Below, piece by piece: positions 18,719 to 28,493 of a DNA stretch of 64,000 bases (position 1 is the stretch's first letter; each line of letters starts with the position of its first letter). The position numbers were made by a program, and so were the translations under genes. The DNA is from Candidatus Zixiibacteriota bacterium (lineage in GTDB: Bacteria; RBG-13-66-14; B26-G2; WVWN01). The stretch lies in assembly GCA_050117845.1 (NCBI GenBank), contig JASFLY010000013.1, forward strand, positions 6,829-70,828. The letters are read 5' to 3'. The notes below the pieces were generated by a model. It saw nothing but the letters and a program-made list of their open reading frames with translations. It did no database searches and was not told the DNA's origin.

Positions 18719-18744
18719 ACGGCCGGGGCTTTCCCGGCCGTTTT
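18719..18744 (+). terminator. Rho-independent terminator
   Basis: ACGGCCGGG-GCTTT-CCCGGCCGT then TTT. Confidence 0.75.
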
Positions 18745-18783
18745 GCTATGGCGCGGCCGTGTCCCGGCGGGCTCTTTTTATTT

Positions 18784-18812
18784 TTGACAAACTCAAGCCG
18801 CCGATTTATAAT
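18784..18812 (+). promoter_or_regulatory. Perfect consensus sigma70 promoter
   Basis: TTGACA-17 bp-TATAAT. Confidence 0.8.
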
Positions 18813-18833
18813 CACGTGAAGGGGGCGAGCCAT

Positions 18834-19346
18834 ATGAGTACGCGGAAGTACCTGATTACGCTCGCGCTATTAGGGGTGTTGGCCTGGGCCGGGAGCGCGT
18901 ACGGCGCCGACGTCGAAGTCTTCGTCGTGACCCAACTCGCGTGTCCCTTGAAGGTCAACAGGATAGTGGCGAAATGCGGCACCGCGGGAGCCAAATACAA
19001 ACCGGCCGATTACGCCAACATCAACCCCGACGGCGAAGAGAAGTTCTGGCTTTACGGCGTCTTCGAACATGCGGGAGACGGCGCCATGACGTCTTTCACG
19101 TTCGAGGTTCGCGGCTACGACGCCATGGGGAAGCGCGTTTTCCACGAGGAGGACGTCCTGTTCGATTACCCGCTCCGCGAGGGCGACCCGAAAAGCAAGG
19201 AGTGGAGCTGGCCCGAGGAAGAGGGGACCGGCATCACCAAGGTCGTCTTCATCCCCTGGGTGATAAACTACCCGGCGGGCAGGACCTGGGAATCGGACGA
19301 AAAGTACGTCGCCATGAAAATGGAAGAACTCGGGATAACGGATTAG
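18834..19346 (+). CDS. Secreted hypothetical protein
   Basis: Signal peptide MSTRKYLITLALLGVLAWAGSAYG; start placed downstream of the promoter. Confidence 0.7.
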   Translation: MSTRKYLITLALLGVLAWAGSAYGADVEVFVVTQLACPLKVNRIVAKCGTAGAKYKPADYANINPDGEEKFWLYGVFEHAGDGAMTSFTFEVRGYDAMGKRVFHEEDVLFDYPLREGDPKSKEWSWPEEEGTGITKVVFIPWVINYPAGRTWESDEKYVAMKMEELGITD

Positions 19347-19349
19347 CCC

Positions 19350-19763
19350 ATGAGACCCATAATGATTGTGGCGGCGTTGGCCGTAGCCTCGGTCGCGGCC
19401 GCGGCCGAGTTGCCGGCGGCGTACGCCGAGGCCATCACGGGACGCGATTTCGCGGGCCTCCTGACCGAAATCAACAAGCAGTTCGATATCCCTCCCATCG
19501 TCGTCTCCGAACCGGCCGAAATCTACCCCGAAATCGCCGGGAAGGCCGGCGCCCAGGGCACGGTTAAAATCCTCGTTTACGTCGACGAGAACGGCGACGT
19601 ACGCGACGAGGTCATAGCCGATTCGCCCGGCTGGCTCGCGCTCGAGGAAGCGGCGCGGAAGGCCGCCCGGACGATGAAGTACAAGCCCGCGAAACTCGAC
19701 GACGAAGCGGTCGCGGCCTGGTACGTAGCGGATATCATGTTTTATATCCAACCGTCCCGATGA
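19350..19763 (+). CDS. Secreted TonB C-terminal domain protein
   Basis: Signal peptide, YPEIA..AGAQGTV.ILVYVDENG.V, LEEAARKAA...YKPA. Confidence 0.8.
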   Translation: MRPIMIVAALAVASVAAAAELPAAYAEAITGRDFAGLLTEINKQFDIPPIVVSEPAEIYPEIAGKAGAQGTVKILVYVDENGDVRDEVIADSPGWLALEEAARKAARTMKYKPAKLDDEAVAAWYVADIMFYIQPSR

Positions 19764-20701
19764 ACGACGGGGGAGAGACGGCGCGGGCGATGACCGGGGC
19801 CGAATTGCAATTGCCGCCCGAGTACTCGGCCCAGCGCGCCGAAAGGCTGCGCCGGGAGGTCGGCCCCTGGTTGTCCGACCGCCGCGTCGAAGGGGTAGTA
19901 ATAATCCGGGGCGACGCCGCCTCTCCGCCCGGAAGGGCCCCGGTGGACCTGTGGGTTATCGCCGACCTGGAGGCCGGGGCGGAGTTGTTTCCCGCCCGGC
20001 CGGTGGTCGGGCCCTCGTGGCTCCGCTTGGCCGTGTCGTCGTACGGGGTTTTCGTAAAGGAACTCCGGGAAAGGTTCCGCGCTTCGGCCGGGCCTACGGC
20101 GGGTATTTTCGTCGCTTACGACCGTGACGGCCGCCTGCGGGACGCCCGCCTCGGTTTGGAGGCCGAGTCGGCGCGGGCGCTTCTCCGCGCCCGGACGGCG
20201 GCGGCGGCCGGAACGGCGGCCGCGCTCAACTACGCTTCGGCGGCGCTCGGCGCCGCGAACCCGGGGGACGCAGCGGCGGCGCTTTTCCGGGCGGCGACCG
20301 GGTTGGCCGAACTCGAGGCGTTGAATAACGGCGTGTGGCCCCCGGCGGCGGGACCTCTCGCCGGGGCCGAGGGCAAGCCGGCGTACCGCTTATTCGAACG
20401 CGTAAAGCTGGCGGGCCCCGGGGCGGCCGAATTGGGCGAGATCCTCGCGGAGGCGAAAGCGGCCTTCGGCCGGGTTTTACCCGCCGCGGCGGCCCACATA
20501 TTCGATTATATTATTAAGAACGGCGGCAGCGTTTCGGCGGCGGCCGTCGTGGACTCGCTCGAGCTGGCGGACCTTCCGAACGTGGATTCGCTGTTGGCCG
20601 CCTTGCACGAGTATCGGCTGGTGGAGTTGGGCCGAGAGGAAAGGTCGGTCCCCGGCTTGCCCGGCCTTACGTACGGGGAAGCCGTATTGACACTGCCCTG
20701 A
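19760..20701 (+). CDS. Hypothetical protein
   Basis: ATGA overlap with the upstream gene; Ala-rich; weak nucleotidyltransferase-like N-terminus (GVVIIRG...VDLWVI). Confidence 0.55.
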   Translation: MNDGGETARAMTGAELQLPPEYSAQRAERLRREVGPWLSDRRVEGVVIIRGDAASPPGRAPVDLWVIADLEAGAELFPARPVVGPSWLRLAVSSYGVFVKELRERFRASAGPTAGIFVAYDRDGRLRDARLGLEAESARALLRARTAAAAGTAAALNYASAALGAANPGDAAAALFRAATGLAELEALNNGVWPPAAGPLAGAEGKPAYRLFERVKLAGPGAAELGEILAEAKAAFGRVLPAAAAHIFDYIIKNGGSVSAAAVVDSLELADLPNVDSLLAALHEYRLVELGREERSVPGLPGLTYGEAVLTLP

Positions 20702-20732
20702 AACCGGCGCGTAAATATCGGGAAGGAACGTT

Positions 20733-22829
20733 ATGAGGGAAATATCGGCCAGGCATATTCCTTGCCCCGGCAAAGCCGGGTTGGCGGCGCTACTGATAGG
20801 CGCTTTGGCCGTCGGGGCGGCCTTCGGCGCGCGCGGCGACTCGCTTTCTTCCTCGCGCGAGGTGGCGATACCGGCGGAGGGCGGGAACTACGTCCTGAAG
20901 CTCAACGACGCCGGCGCCACTTTCACGGTGTCCGCGCCGAACCGTTCCGCGGTCAAGGTAGACGCGGGGGTGTCCGTCTCGTCCGCGATATACCCGTCGT
21001 TCGCGGCCGTATCCGGGCCGTCCCTGCCTTCGCTCGAGCTCTGCCGCTGGCGGGGCCGCGCTTTCGAGGAGGGCGCCTGGGCGGCGGCCGAACTCCAGTT
21101 GGAGGAGGCCGTGGGGCCGCTGGCCTCGGGCCGGGCCGGTTTCCTCAAGTCCCTCGCGCTGAAGCTGAAGGAAGCGTACGACGCCGACGAGAGGCCGTCG
21201 TCACGGGTGGCGTTCGGCGACGCCATGTCCTTCGTCGGGACGGCGGTGGCTTTGTCGCGCCCCGACGGCAAGGTCCCGGCCGACCTCGGCCTGCCGGCGG
21301 AGGTGGCGAGTAAGGCGGGCCAGGATAAGGAGCGCTTCTTAAAAGAAGAGTGGAACGCCCGGGTCCTTACGGGAAGGTATGCCTGGGGCGACGAGTTGAA
21401 ACGGGCCTACCTCACCGGCCTGTGGTTGGGCCGCCGTTTCGAGCGCGGCGACGAGAAGGAATTCAAGGCCGCCATCGCGTTGACCTGGGTGGTCGAGAGC
21501 GACCCGGACCTGTCCGGCCAGTATTCGGTACTGGCCGGCCTGGCGAACGCCGCCGCGGGGCCGCCCCCCGGCGCGTCATCGCTCGACGATTACCGTAAAC
21601 TGCTGGCCGGCCGGGACGCCGCGACGGTGCTCAAGGAAGTTGGCACCGTGCGCAAGCTCCAGGCGGACGCGAAGGAGAGCGGCGACGCCTTCGTCTTTCT
21701 CCCGGCCCCGGGGCACGCCGAGCTGGAGTTGATTCGCCGCTTCGCGTTGACGGGCGTACGCGGCGACGGGGCATGGGCCACGGCGTACGTGGCGGCCGTC
21801 CGGGCGGACGGCGTAAGCCGGCCGGGTCCGGCTTCCCCCTGGCTCGACTACGTCGCCTACGCCGGGGCCGCGCTTTCGTCCCCGGACGACTTGCCGGAAG
21901 CCAGGAAGTTGACCTGGGACGACGGATACCGCGCCCGCCTCGCCGAGTCCTTCGTGACGGCGTTCGATCAGGTCCGCGCCCGCGCGCCGGCGGCCCCGCC
22001 TTCCACGGCCGAGGCCCCGGCGGTGGAAGTGACGCCGGAGTTCCGCCTCGAGCCCGTGCCGGAATACTATCTGCGGATGGCCCGGGCGTACGGCCGGATG
22101 GCGAAGGCTTTGGACGCGACCTTCTCGCGTCCGACGACGGAGGGGATGCGTGGCCTGCGCGAGGGCGGCAAGGCCGGGACGGAATCCCTCGCGGTCGAGG
22201 CCGACGAGATAACGCAACTGTTTTACGGCCTGTATCTGCTGTCCTGCGCCGACTGCGGCCTGACGCCGGCGGCTACGGGCGGCGAGGTCCGGGATCGGGC
22301 GGGGGCCGCGGCCCTGGCGCACGGGTGGCTGGAGAAATGGAGAGAAGACGCGGAAATGGCCCGCGACGTCCGGGAGGCCTATCCGCTCGGGCCGGCCGAC
22401 CCGACCAACCCGGCCGCGGGGACGCTTTACCGTTGCATCCTCGGCGTACGGGCGCTCGACGTGGAGATTAAATACGACAAGAAGCCGGGCGTCGCGTTGT
22501 CCGGGGCGCGGGGCCAGCTCGACCTCCATTTCAAACCGATAACCTATACGCTCCTCGTCCCGGTCGTGGTCGAGGTGGCCGTGCCGGGGGACGGACCGCT
22601 TACGAACGCCGCGTTCCGGAAGCTTTGCGACGAGCACAAGGCGGAAGGCGCCATCGTCGCGGCGCTCAAGGAGTACGGCCAGGCGGAGGAAGCCCCGGTC
22701 GAGGAGGTAGTCGAGGACGGTTCCGGCCTCACGGTGGACAGCGGCGCCGTCGTCCTGATCGTAATCCTGGCGGTATTCGCGCTGATTATCATAATCGCGC
22801 TCATCGCGAGCCGCCAGCGTTACTACTGA
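20733..22829 (+). CDS. Exported, C-terminally membrane-anchored protein, DUF3160-like
   Basis: Signal peptide, GRYAWGDELKRAY...WLGR and LEPVPEYYLRM resemble DUF3160 motifs; C-terminal TM helix then RQRYY. Confidence 0.55.
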   Translation: MREISARHIPCPGKAGLAALLIGALAVGAAFGARGDSLSSSREVAIPAEGGNYVLKLNDAGATFTVSAPNRSAVKVDAGVSVSSAIYPSFAAVSGPSLPSLELCRWRGRAFEEGAWAAAELQLEEAVGPLASGRAGFLKSLALKLKEAYDADERPSSRVAFGDAMSFVGTAVALSRPDGKVPADLGLPAEVASKAGQDKERFLKEEWNARVLTGRYAWGDELKRAYLTGLWLGRRFERGDEKEFKAAIALTWVVESDPDLSGQYSVLAGLANAAAGPPPGASSLDDYRKLLAGRDAATVLKEVGTVRKLQADAKESGDAFVFLPAPGHAELELIRRFALTGVRGDGAWATAYVAAVRADGVSRPGPASPWLDYVAYAGAALSSPDDLPEARKLTWDDGYRARLAESFVTAFDQVRARAPAAPPSTAEAPAVEVTPEFRLEPVPEYYLRMARAYGRMAKALDATFSRPTTEGMRGLREGGKAGTESLAVEADEITQLFYGLYLLSCADCGLTPAATGGEVRDRAGAAALAHGWLEKWREDAEMARDVREAYPLGPADPTNPAAGTLYRCILGVRALDVEIKYDKKPGVALSGARGQLDLHFKPITYTLLVPVVVEVAVPGDGPLTNAAFRKLCDEHKAEGAIVAALKEYGQAEEAPVEEVVEDGSGLTVDSGAVVLIVILAVFALIIIIALIASRQRYY

Positions 22830-22851
22830 CGGCCGGGCCGGCCCTTTCGTC

Positions 22852-22880
22852 TTGACTTACGATTTTCCTTGTGGTAGCAT
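22852..22880 (+). promoter_or_regulatory. Sigma70 promoter of bamA
   Basis: TTGACT-17 bp-TAGCAT with extended -10 TG. Confidence 0.6.
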
Positions 22881-22921
22881 TTTCAATCCGCGGAGGAATC
22901 TCGCCTCCGTATTTTTATATC

Positions 22922-25246
22922 ATGTACCGGGCAAACAAATATCACGTCCCCTTCGTAGTACTCTTCTTATGCGCCGGGTTCCTCCTGGCCGCCGGGGGCC
23001 GGGCGCACGCCCAGGAAGCCCCCGATATCGTCATCGACGACGTCCGGTTTGAAGGCCTGACCAGTATCGACGATTCCTCGGTAATATCGGCCATTCGCCT
23101 GTCGTCGGGCGTACTCCTGAACGAGGCCGAACTCAAAACCATAGTCCGCGACGATATTAAAAGGATTTACCGGCTCGGTTATTTCGAGCAGGTGGACGCC
23201 TTCTACGAGGAGACCGAACCCGGCCACATGGCCGTTATTTTCGTAATAAAAGAGCGGTCCCGCATCAAGGAGATCGTTTTCGAGGGCCGGCGCAAGATGA
23301 AGCGCAAGACCCTCGAAGAGGTTGTAAAGGCCGAGGTCGGGGAGCGCCTGTCGTTGTCGCGCCTCAAGGCCGACGTCGAGGCGATGAAGGACCTTTATTT
23401 CGAGAAGGGTTATCGCTTCGCCGACGTATCGTACGAACTCGAGGAGACGCGGGGCGGCGTCAACGTAAAATACAAGATCGTCGAGGGGCCGAAGGCCGTC
23501 GTCCGGGACATCGTCGTCGAGGGCAACAACGTGCTCTCCGACTGGCATATACTGAACCGCGTCCTCGAGACGAAAATAGACCGCTTTTACAACACGAAGA
23601 TCCTGGACGAGGCCGTGCTGGAGGATGACTTCCGCCGCATCGAGGAGGAGTACGCCAACCGCGGCTACGTCCGGGCGAAGGTCGTCGATCACAAGATAGA
23701 GTACCGCGATAAGCGTTCGTCTATCTTCATCCGGATAACGGTCGAAGAAGGCGAGCTCTACCGGGCCGGGGAACTGCACTTCGCCGGCAACGAGAAGTAC
23801 GAGTCGGACGAGTTGGCCGAACTCGTCGATTGGCGGGCGAACAAGCCGTTCTCCGAGAAGCGGTTAAACGAGGGGGCCGACAAGGTTCGCGCGCAGTATA
23901 AGAACAACGGGTACCTGTTCGCCGTCGTCGAGCCCGCCCGGGAGGTGGACGACGAAGCGGCCGTCGTGAACGCCACGGTCCGTATCTACGAGGACCGCCC
24001 CGCGCACGTCCGCCTCATCGACATCACCGGAAACCTCTCGACCCGGGACAAGGTCATCCGCCGGGAGATGCGGCTCCAGCCCGGCGACATATATAAAGAG
24101 GACAAACTTATACGTTCGGTCCAGCGGCTCCATAACCTCGGCTACTTCGACGAGGTGCGCCCCGATATCCGCGTGGCCAACCGGGCCGAGGGCCTCGTCG
24201 ACCTCGAGATAGACGTCGTCGAGAAAGCCAATACGGCGAAGGTGAACTTCGGCGCCGGCTACAGCAGCCTCGACGGCCTGGTAGGGACCTTCAGCCTCTC
24301 CTGGGCGAACTTCGACGCCTCCCAACTGCCCCGCATCTGGCGATGCAAAGGCGCGGGTCAGGAGCTGCGTCTGTCCACCGAGTTCGGCCGCCGCCAGACG
24401 GAGTACTCCGTGGGCTTCACCGAACCGTACATCAACGACTCGAAAACGCTGGGCGCCTTCGACGTATACAATACCTACCGCGAGCGTTCCTATTACGACG
24501 AACGCCGCTTCGGCGGCCACGTCTCGCTGGGCCGGCCGCTTTCGGAATACGTGCGCGGCCGCGGGACCTACACGTTCGAGTCCGTCGAGGTCGCGTCCAC
24601 CATCGACGAACCGGAACGAGTGCCCTGGGTCTCCTCGGACATAGGACGCAAGAACACGTCGTCGCTGTCGTTCACCGTCGAGCGGGACAGCCGCGACAAC
24701 GTCTTCTTCACGCAAGGCGGGTCCGACACGGACATCAGCATCGAAGTCGCGAGTTCGGCGCTGGCGGGGGACGTCAACTTCTGGCGTCTGACGATGGGCT
24801 CGAGCTGGTACTTCAAGCATATCTGGGAAACGGTGCTCGCGGTCCGGGCCCGGGGCGGTTACGTCGACCGCTATTCGACGACTAAAAACGTCCCGGTCTA
24901 CGAACGTTTCTACCTCGGCGGCGCGTCGACGGTGCGCGGTTACGACGAGTGGGAAGTCGGCCCCCGGGACGTCTACGGCAACCCCGAGGGCGGCAAGTCG
25001 ATGTTCTACACGAACTTCGAGTACCGCATCCCGGTATCGAAGGAATTCTTCCACTTCATCATGTTCTGGGATTCGGGTTACTCGTGGCGGGAACTCCGCG
25101 ACATCAACCTCCAGGACATGCAGTCGGGCGTGGGCGCGGGCATCCGCATCAATATCCCGATGATGGGGCTGTTGGGGCTGGATTACGGCTACGGCCTGGA
25201 CGCCCATTCCGGCCAGATACACTTCAACATCGGGACCACTTTCTAG
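22922..25246 (+). CDS. bamA: Outer membrane protein assembly factor BamA
   Basis: Five POTRA-like repeats, TRDKVIRREM, LGYF, RFYLGG..TVRGY, C-terminal FNIGTTF. Confidence 0.95.
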   Translation: MYRANKYHVPFVVLFLCAGFLLAAGGRAHAQEAPDIVIDDVRFEGLTSIDDSSVISAIRLSSGVLLNEAELKTIVRDDIKRIYRLGYFEQVDAFYEETEPGHMAVIFVIKERSRIKEIVFEGRRKMKRKTLEEVVKAEVGERLSLSRLKADVEAMKDLYFEKGYRFADVSYELEETRGGVNVKYKIVEGPKAVVRDIVVEGNNVLSDWHILNRVLETKIDRFYNTKILDEAVLEDDFRRIEEEYANRGYVRAKVVDHKIEYRDKRSSIFIRITVEEGELYRAGELHFAGNEKYESDELAELVDWRANKPFSEKRLNEGADKVRAQYKNNGYLFAVVEPAREVDDEAAVVNATVRIYEDRPAHVRLIDITGNLSTRDKVIRREMRLQPGDIYKEDKLIRSVQRLHNLGYFDEVRPDIRVANRAEGLVDLEIDVVEKANTAKVNFGAGYSSLDGLVGTFSLSWANFDASQLPRIWRCKGAGQELRLSTEFGRRQTEYSVGFTEPYINDSKTLGAFDVYNTYRERSYYDERRFGGHVSLGRPLSEYVRGRGTYTFESVEVASTIDEPERVPWVSSDIGRKNTSSLSFTVERDSRDNVFFTQGGSDTDISIEVASSALAGDVNFWRLTMGSSWYFKHIWETVLAVRARGGYVDRYSTTKNVPVYERFYLGGASTVRGYDEWEVGPRDVYGNPEGGKSMFYTNFEYRIPVSKEFFHFIMFWDSGYSWRELRDINLQDMQSGVGAGIRINIPMMGLLGLDYGYGLDAHSGQIHFNIGTTF

Positions 25247-25311
25247 GCGGCCGCGGGCCGCGTTTGCGGGTCCCGGGGTAGCGTTTTTCCCAAAACAACA
25301 CGGTAGGAACC

Positions 25312-26793
25312 TTGCCGGACGAAAAGCCGCGTAGGACAGATTGGCCCGGCATCGTCTCGAAGCTGGTCGGGGCGGCCGCCCTCGGCCTAATCGCCGCCGG
25401 TTTCCTCGACCTCCCCGGCATAATCGCCTCCTTCACGCCCAAGGGCGAACCGACCGGTTCCGCCTTCGTCATCGCCGACCAGCTTCGCTGGGGCGCCGGC
25501 GTCGTCGCCGTTTTCCTCGTATTGCAAACCGCCGGCCTGTTTCGCCTTAAGGCCGTCCGCCGTTTCGTCTCCTTGCTCGGCCGGGGGACGCCGAGCCGCT
25601 GGGCCTGGATAATCTTCGGCGTCGCGCTCGCGCTGCGGTTGGCCTACGCCCTCGTCGCCGAAGCTCCCCCCATATCGGACGAGCAATACTACGTCGGCCT
25701 GGCCCGGAACCTCGTCGCCGGCGCGGGCTACACGTCGGGCGGCGTCGCCACGGCCTACTGGCCTCCCGGCTACCCGGCCTTTCTGGCCGCGCTGTTCTTC
25801 CCCTTCGGCGGCCATTTCGCGCCCGTCATGATCGTCCAATCCGTCCTGGGTGCCGTCAGCGCCGTTCTCGTTTGGCGGCTGGGCCGGGAGTTCGTATCGG
25901 CCGGGGCGGCACGGGCCGCCGGCCTTCTCGTCGCCCTGTGCCCCAGCCAGATAGCGTACGCCTCCCGGCTGTTCCCGGCGGTGGTGACGGCCTTCGGCGT
26001 ACTCGCCTTCGCGTACGCCATCGTCGTATACCGGGGTTGGCGTAGCGCCGTCGGCGCGGGGGTGTTGGCGGGCGTTACGGGCCTCGCGGCGCCGGTGGCG
26101 CTCGTCCTCGTGCCGGCGGCGTGGGCTTGCGAACTGCTGCGGCGGACGCCGGTGAAACGCTTCCTGCTCAGGGGCGTTATAATGGCGGCGGTCGCGGCGG
26201 CGTTCGTCGTCCCGTGGTCCTTGCGCAACCTCCGGGCGATGGGGGAGTCCGTGCCCATCTCCACCAACGGCGGCGTGAACCTCTGGATCGGGAACAATCC
26301 CAACTCGACGGGGGCCTACTATTACCCGACGTCCACCATCAACCCGCTCTTCATGACCGAGGGCGAGCTGGCCCGGGACAAGATAGGCCGGGAGTTCACC
26401 TGGTACTTCGTCCGCCACGAGCCGGCCCGGGCGATCTCGCTGTTCGTGCCCAAATTTATATACACGTACGGCGCCGACGTTTCGGCCTTCCAGCTCGAAG
26501 CGATACCGCGCGGCGTGAAGCCCGCCGATTCGGCGCGGCGTTTCCCGGCCCGCCTGGCGCAGACGTATTACGCGTTGTTTTTCTTGGGGTTTATTTTAGG
26601 GTTGTGGCGATATCGGCGGGACCTGTTCCGCGCCGCGCCGGAGGGAGCGGAACGGCTGGCGGCGCTTTTGATCTGGCCGGCCGCCCTCACGCTGGTATAT
26701 TTAATATTCTTCGGCCAGGACCGTTTCCACTTTCCGATGCTGCCGTTTATGGCGATTCTGGCCGGAGTCGCGTTTTACGATTCGACGGCGTAA
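25312..26793 (+). CDS. Glycosyltransferase family 39 / ArnT-like membrane protein
   Basis: SDEQYY..LA.NL, TAYWPPGYPAFLA, PWSLRN, STNGGVNLWIGNNP, DRFHFPMLP. Confidence 0.8.
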   Translation: MPDEKPRRTDWPGIVSKLVGAAALGLIAAGFLDLPGIIASFTPKGEPTGSAFVIADQLRWGAGVVAVFLVLQTAGLFRLKAVRRFVSLLGRGTPSRWAWIIFGVALALRLAYALVAEAPPISDEQYYVGLARNLVAGAGYTSGGVATAYWPPGYPAFLAALFFPFGGHFAPVMIVQSVLGAVSAVLVWRLGREFVSAGAARAAGLLVALCPSQIAYASRLFPAVVTAFGVLAFAYAIVVYRGWRSAVGAGVLAGVTGLAAPVALVLVPAAWACELLRRTPVKRFLLRGVIMAAVAAAFVVPWSLRNLRAMGESVPISTNGGVNLWIGNNPNSTGAYYYPTSTINPLFMTEGELARDKIGREFTWYFVRHEPARAISLFVPKFIYTYGADVSAFQLEAIPRGVKPADSARRFPARLAQTYYALFFLGFILGLWRYRRDLFRAAPEGAERLAALLIWPAALTLVYLIFFGQDRFHFPMLPFMAILAGVAFYDSTA

Positions 26794-26904
26794 CCTATAA
26801 AAATCACCGGGAGGTTTAACCGGGTTCGACCTGCGGGAGGGAATGACCGCGGGACACGTTATTAGTGATTTAAACTGCGGTACGAGGGAAAAGGGAGAAC
26901 GATA

Positions 26905-28416
26905 ATGAGAGGCGAGGGAGTGACGCCGGTTTTCGAACCGGCAGCGTTCGCGTGTAACCTGGCGGCGGCCGCTTTTTTGTGTGTAATCGCCGCGGGGTGG
27001 ATCGATATCTGGGGCATCCTAACGGCCTTGACGCCCCAGAACGAAAGTCCCAACGAGGTTTTACCGGTCGTCGGCCAGATTAGATTGGGGGCGGGCGTGG
27101 CCGCGGCCTTTTTTGCGGCGCGCGCTTTCGGCGTGTTCCGTTTACCCTGGCGCCGCCGTTTGGCCGGGATTACGGCTCGGCGTTCTAACACGACATGGTT
27201 TTTAATAATATTCGGCGCGGCTCTGGCCTTGCGGCTTGGCTACGCCGCCGTGTCGCCGCCGCCACCAATCTCCGACGAGTCAAGCTACGACGCGTTAGCG
27301 CGAAGCGTATTGGCCGGCGGCGGTTTTTCGGAAGACGGCGTGCCCACGGCGTACCGGCCCGTCGGGTACGTCGCGGTTCTGGCCGTTTCGTACGCGGTTT
27401 TCGGCATTCACTTCTGGCCGGTAATTATTGTCCAATGTATCGTGGGAGCGGCAACCGCCGTGCTGACGTGGCGGTTGGCCGCTTTGTTCTTTAGCGAGAA
27501 CGCCGCCCGGGCGGCGGGACTGATCGTGGCGACGCTGCCGAGCCAGTGGGCGTATACGGCGCGTCTTTTCCCGGTGGCATTAATGGGTTTCTTTGTCGTC
27601 GCCGCGACCTACGTTAATATCAAATATGGTAAAACGGCGGCCGCGGCCGGCGCAGGTTTCCTGGCGGGCGTCGCGACCCTGGCGGCGCCGGTATTATCGT
27701 TTTTGCCCGGTGCCTTTTTTATAATGGATTTACTGGCGGGGCGAGGCCCGAAGCGCGCGTTGTTGCGCGCGGCCGTGGCGGCTTGCGTAACCGCGGCGGT
27801 GGTGGCCCCGTGGACGTACCGGAACTGGCGCGTACTCGACGCCTTCGTCCCGGTCTCGACGAACGGCGGCGTCGTTCTATGGATGGGGAATAACCCGGAC
27901 GCGAACGGCAGCTACGTATTTCCTCTCTCTCCGGCGAATCCCCTGTGGTCCGTGGCCGACGAGGTCGAGCGGGACCGCCTCGGCCGGCGATTGGCCCTGG
28001 AATATATTCGGGACGACCCGGGCGCTTTCCTGAAACTCCTTGTACCCAAGTTCGCCCACCTCTACGGTTCCGATATTTCCGCCTTCCAGTACGGGGCCGC
28101 CGTCAGAGGCATCGACGTTGCCGTGTCGGCGCGCTCCGTATCCGCTCGCCTGGCGCAAGCGGCGTACGCCCTTTTAATCGCGGGTTTTATTGTCGGTATG
28201 ATGAAGAACCGGCGGCGGATATTCGGCGCCGCCGGCGGGCGCTTGCGGTTGGCCGCGTTGCTCGTGATGCCGGCGTGTTTGACGGCCTGTTACCTCGTAT
28301 TCCACGGCTTTGACCGGTATCACTTCCCGATGCTGCCGTTTATGGCGATCCTGGCCGGGGCCGCGCTATGCGGCGACGGTGACCCCGCGCCGGCGAGGGG
28401 CGACGTCGAGCCGTAA
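26905..28416 (+). CDS. Glycosyltransferase family 39 / ArnT-like membrane protein (tandem paralog)
   Basis: SDESSYD.LA, TAYRPVGY, PWTYRN, STNGG..LWMGNNP, DRYHFPMLPFMAILAG. Confidence 0.8.
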   Translation: MRGEGVTPVFEPAAFACNLAAAAFLCVIAAGWIDIWGILTALTPQNESPNEVLPVVGQIRLGAGVAAAFFAARAFGVFRLPWRRRLAGITARRSNTTWFLIIFGAALALRLGYAAVSPPPPISDESSYDALARSVLAGGGFSEDGVPTAYRPVGYVAVLAVSYAVFGIHFWPVIIVQCIVGAATAVLTWRLAALFFSENAARAAGLIVATLPSQWAYTARLFPVALMGFFVVAATYVNIKYGKTAAAAGAGFLAGVATLAAPVLSFLPGAFFIMDLLAGRGPKRALLRAAVAACVTAAVVAPWTYRNWRVLDAFVPVSTNGGVVLWMGNNPDANGSYVFPLSPANPLWSVADEVERDRLGRRLALEYIRDDPGAFLKLLVPKFAHLYGSDISAFQYGAAVRGIDVAVSARSVSARLAQAAYALLIAGFIVGMMKNRRRIFGAAGGRLRLAALLVMPACLTACYLVFHGFDRYHFPMLPFMAILAGAALCGDGDPAPARGDVEP

Positions 28417-28438
28417 TAGGATACCCGCTCATGGCGAA

Positions 28439-28467
28439 ATAAAAAACCGGCCCTGAGGCCGGTTTTT
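28439..28467. terminator. Bidirectional terminator
   Basis: AAAAACCGGCC-CTGA-GGCCGGTTTTT between convergent genes. Confidence 0.85.
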
Positions 28468-28493
28468 ACATACGCGATTCAGGGGGGGAACGC

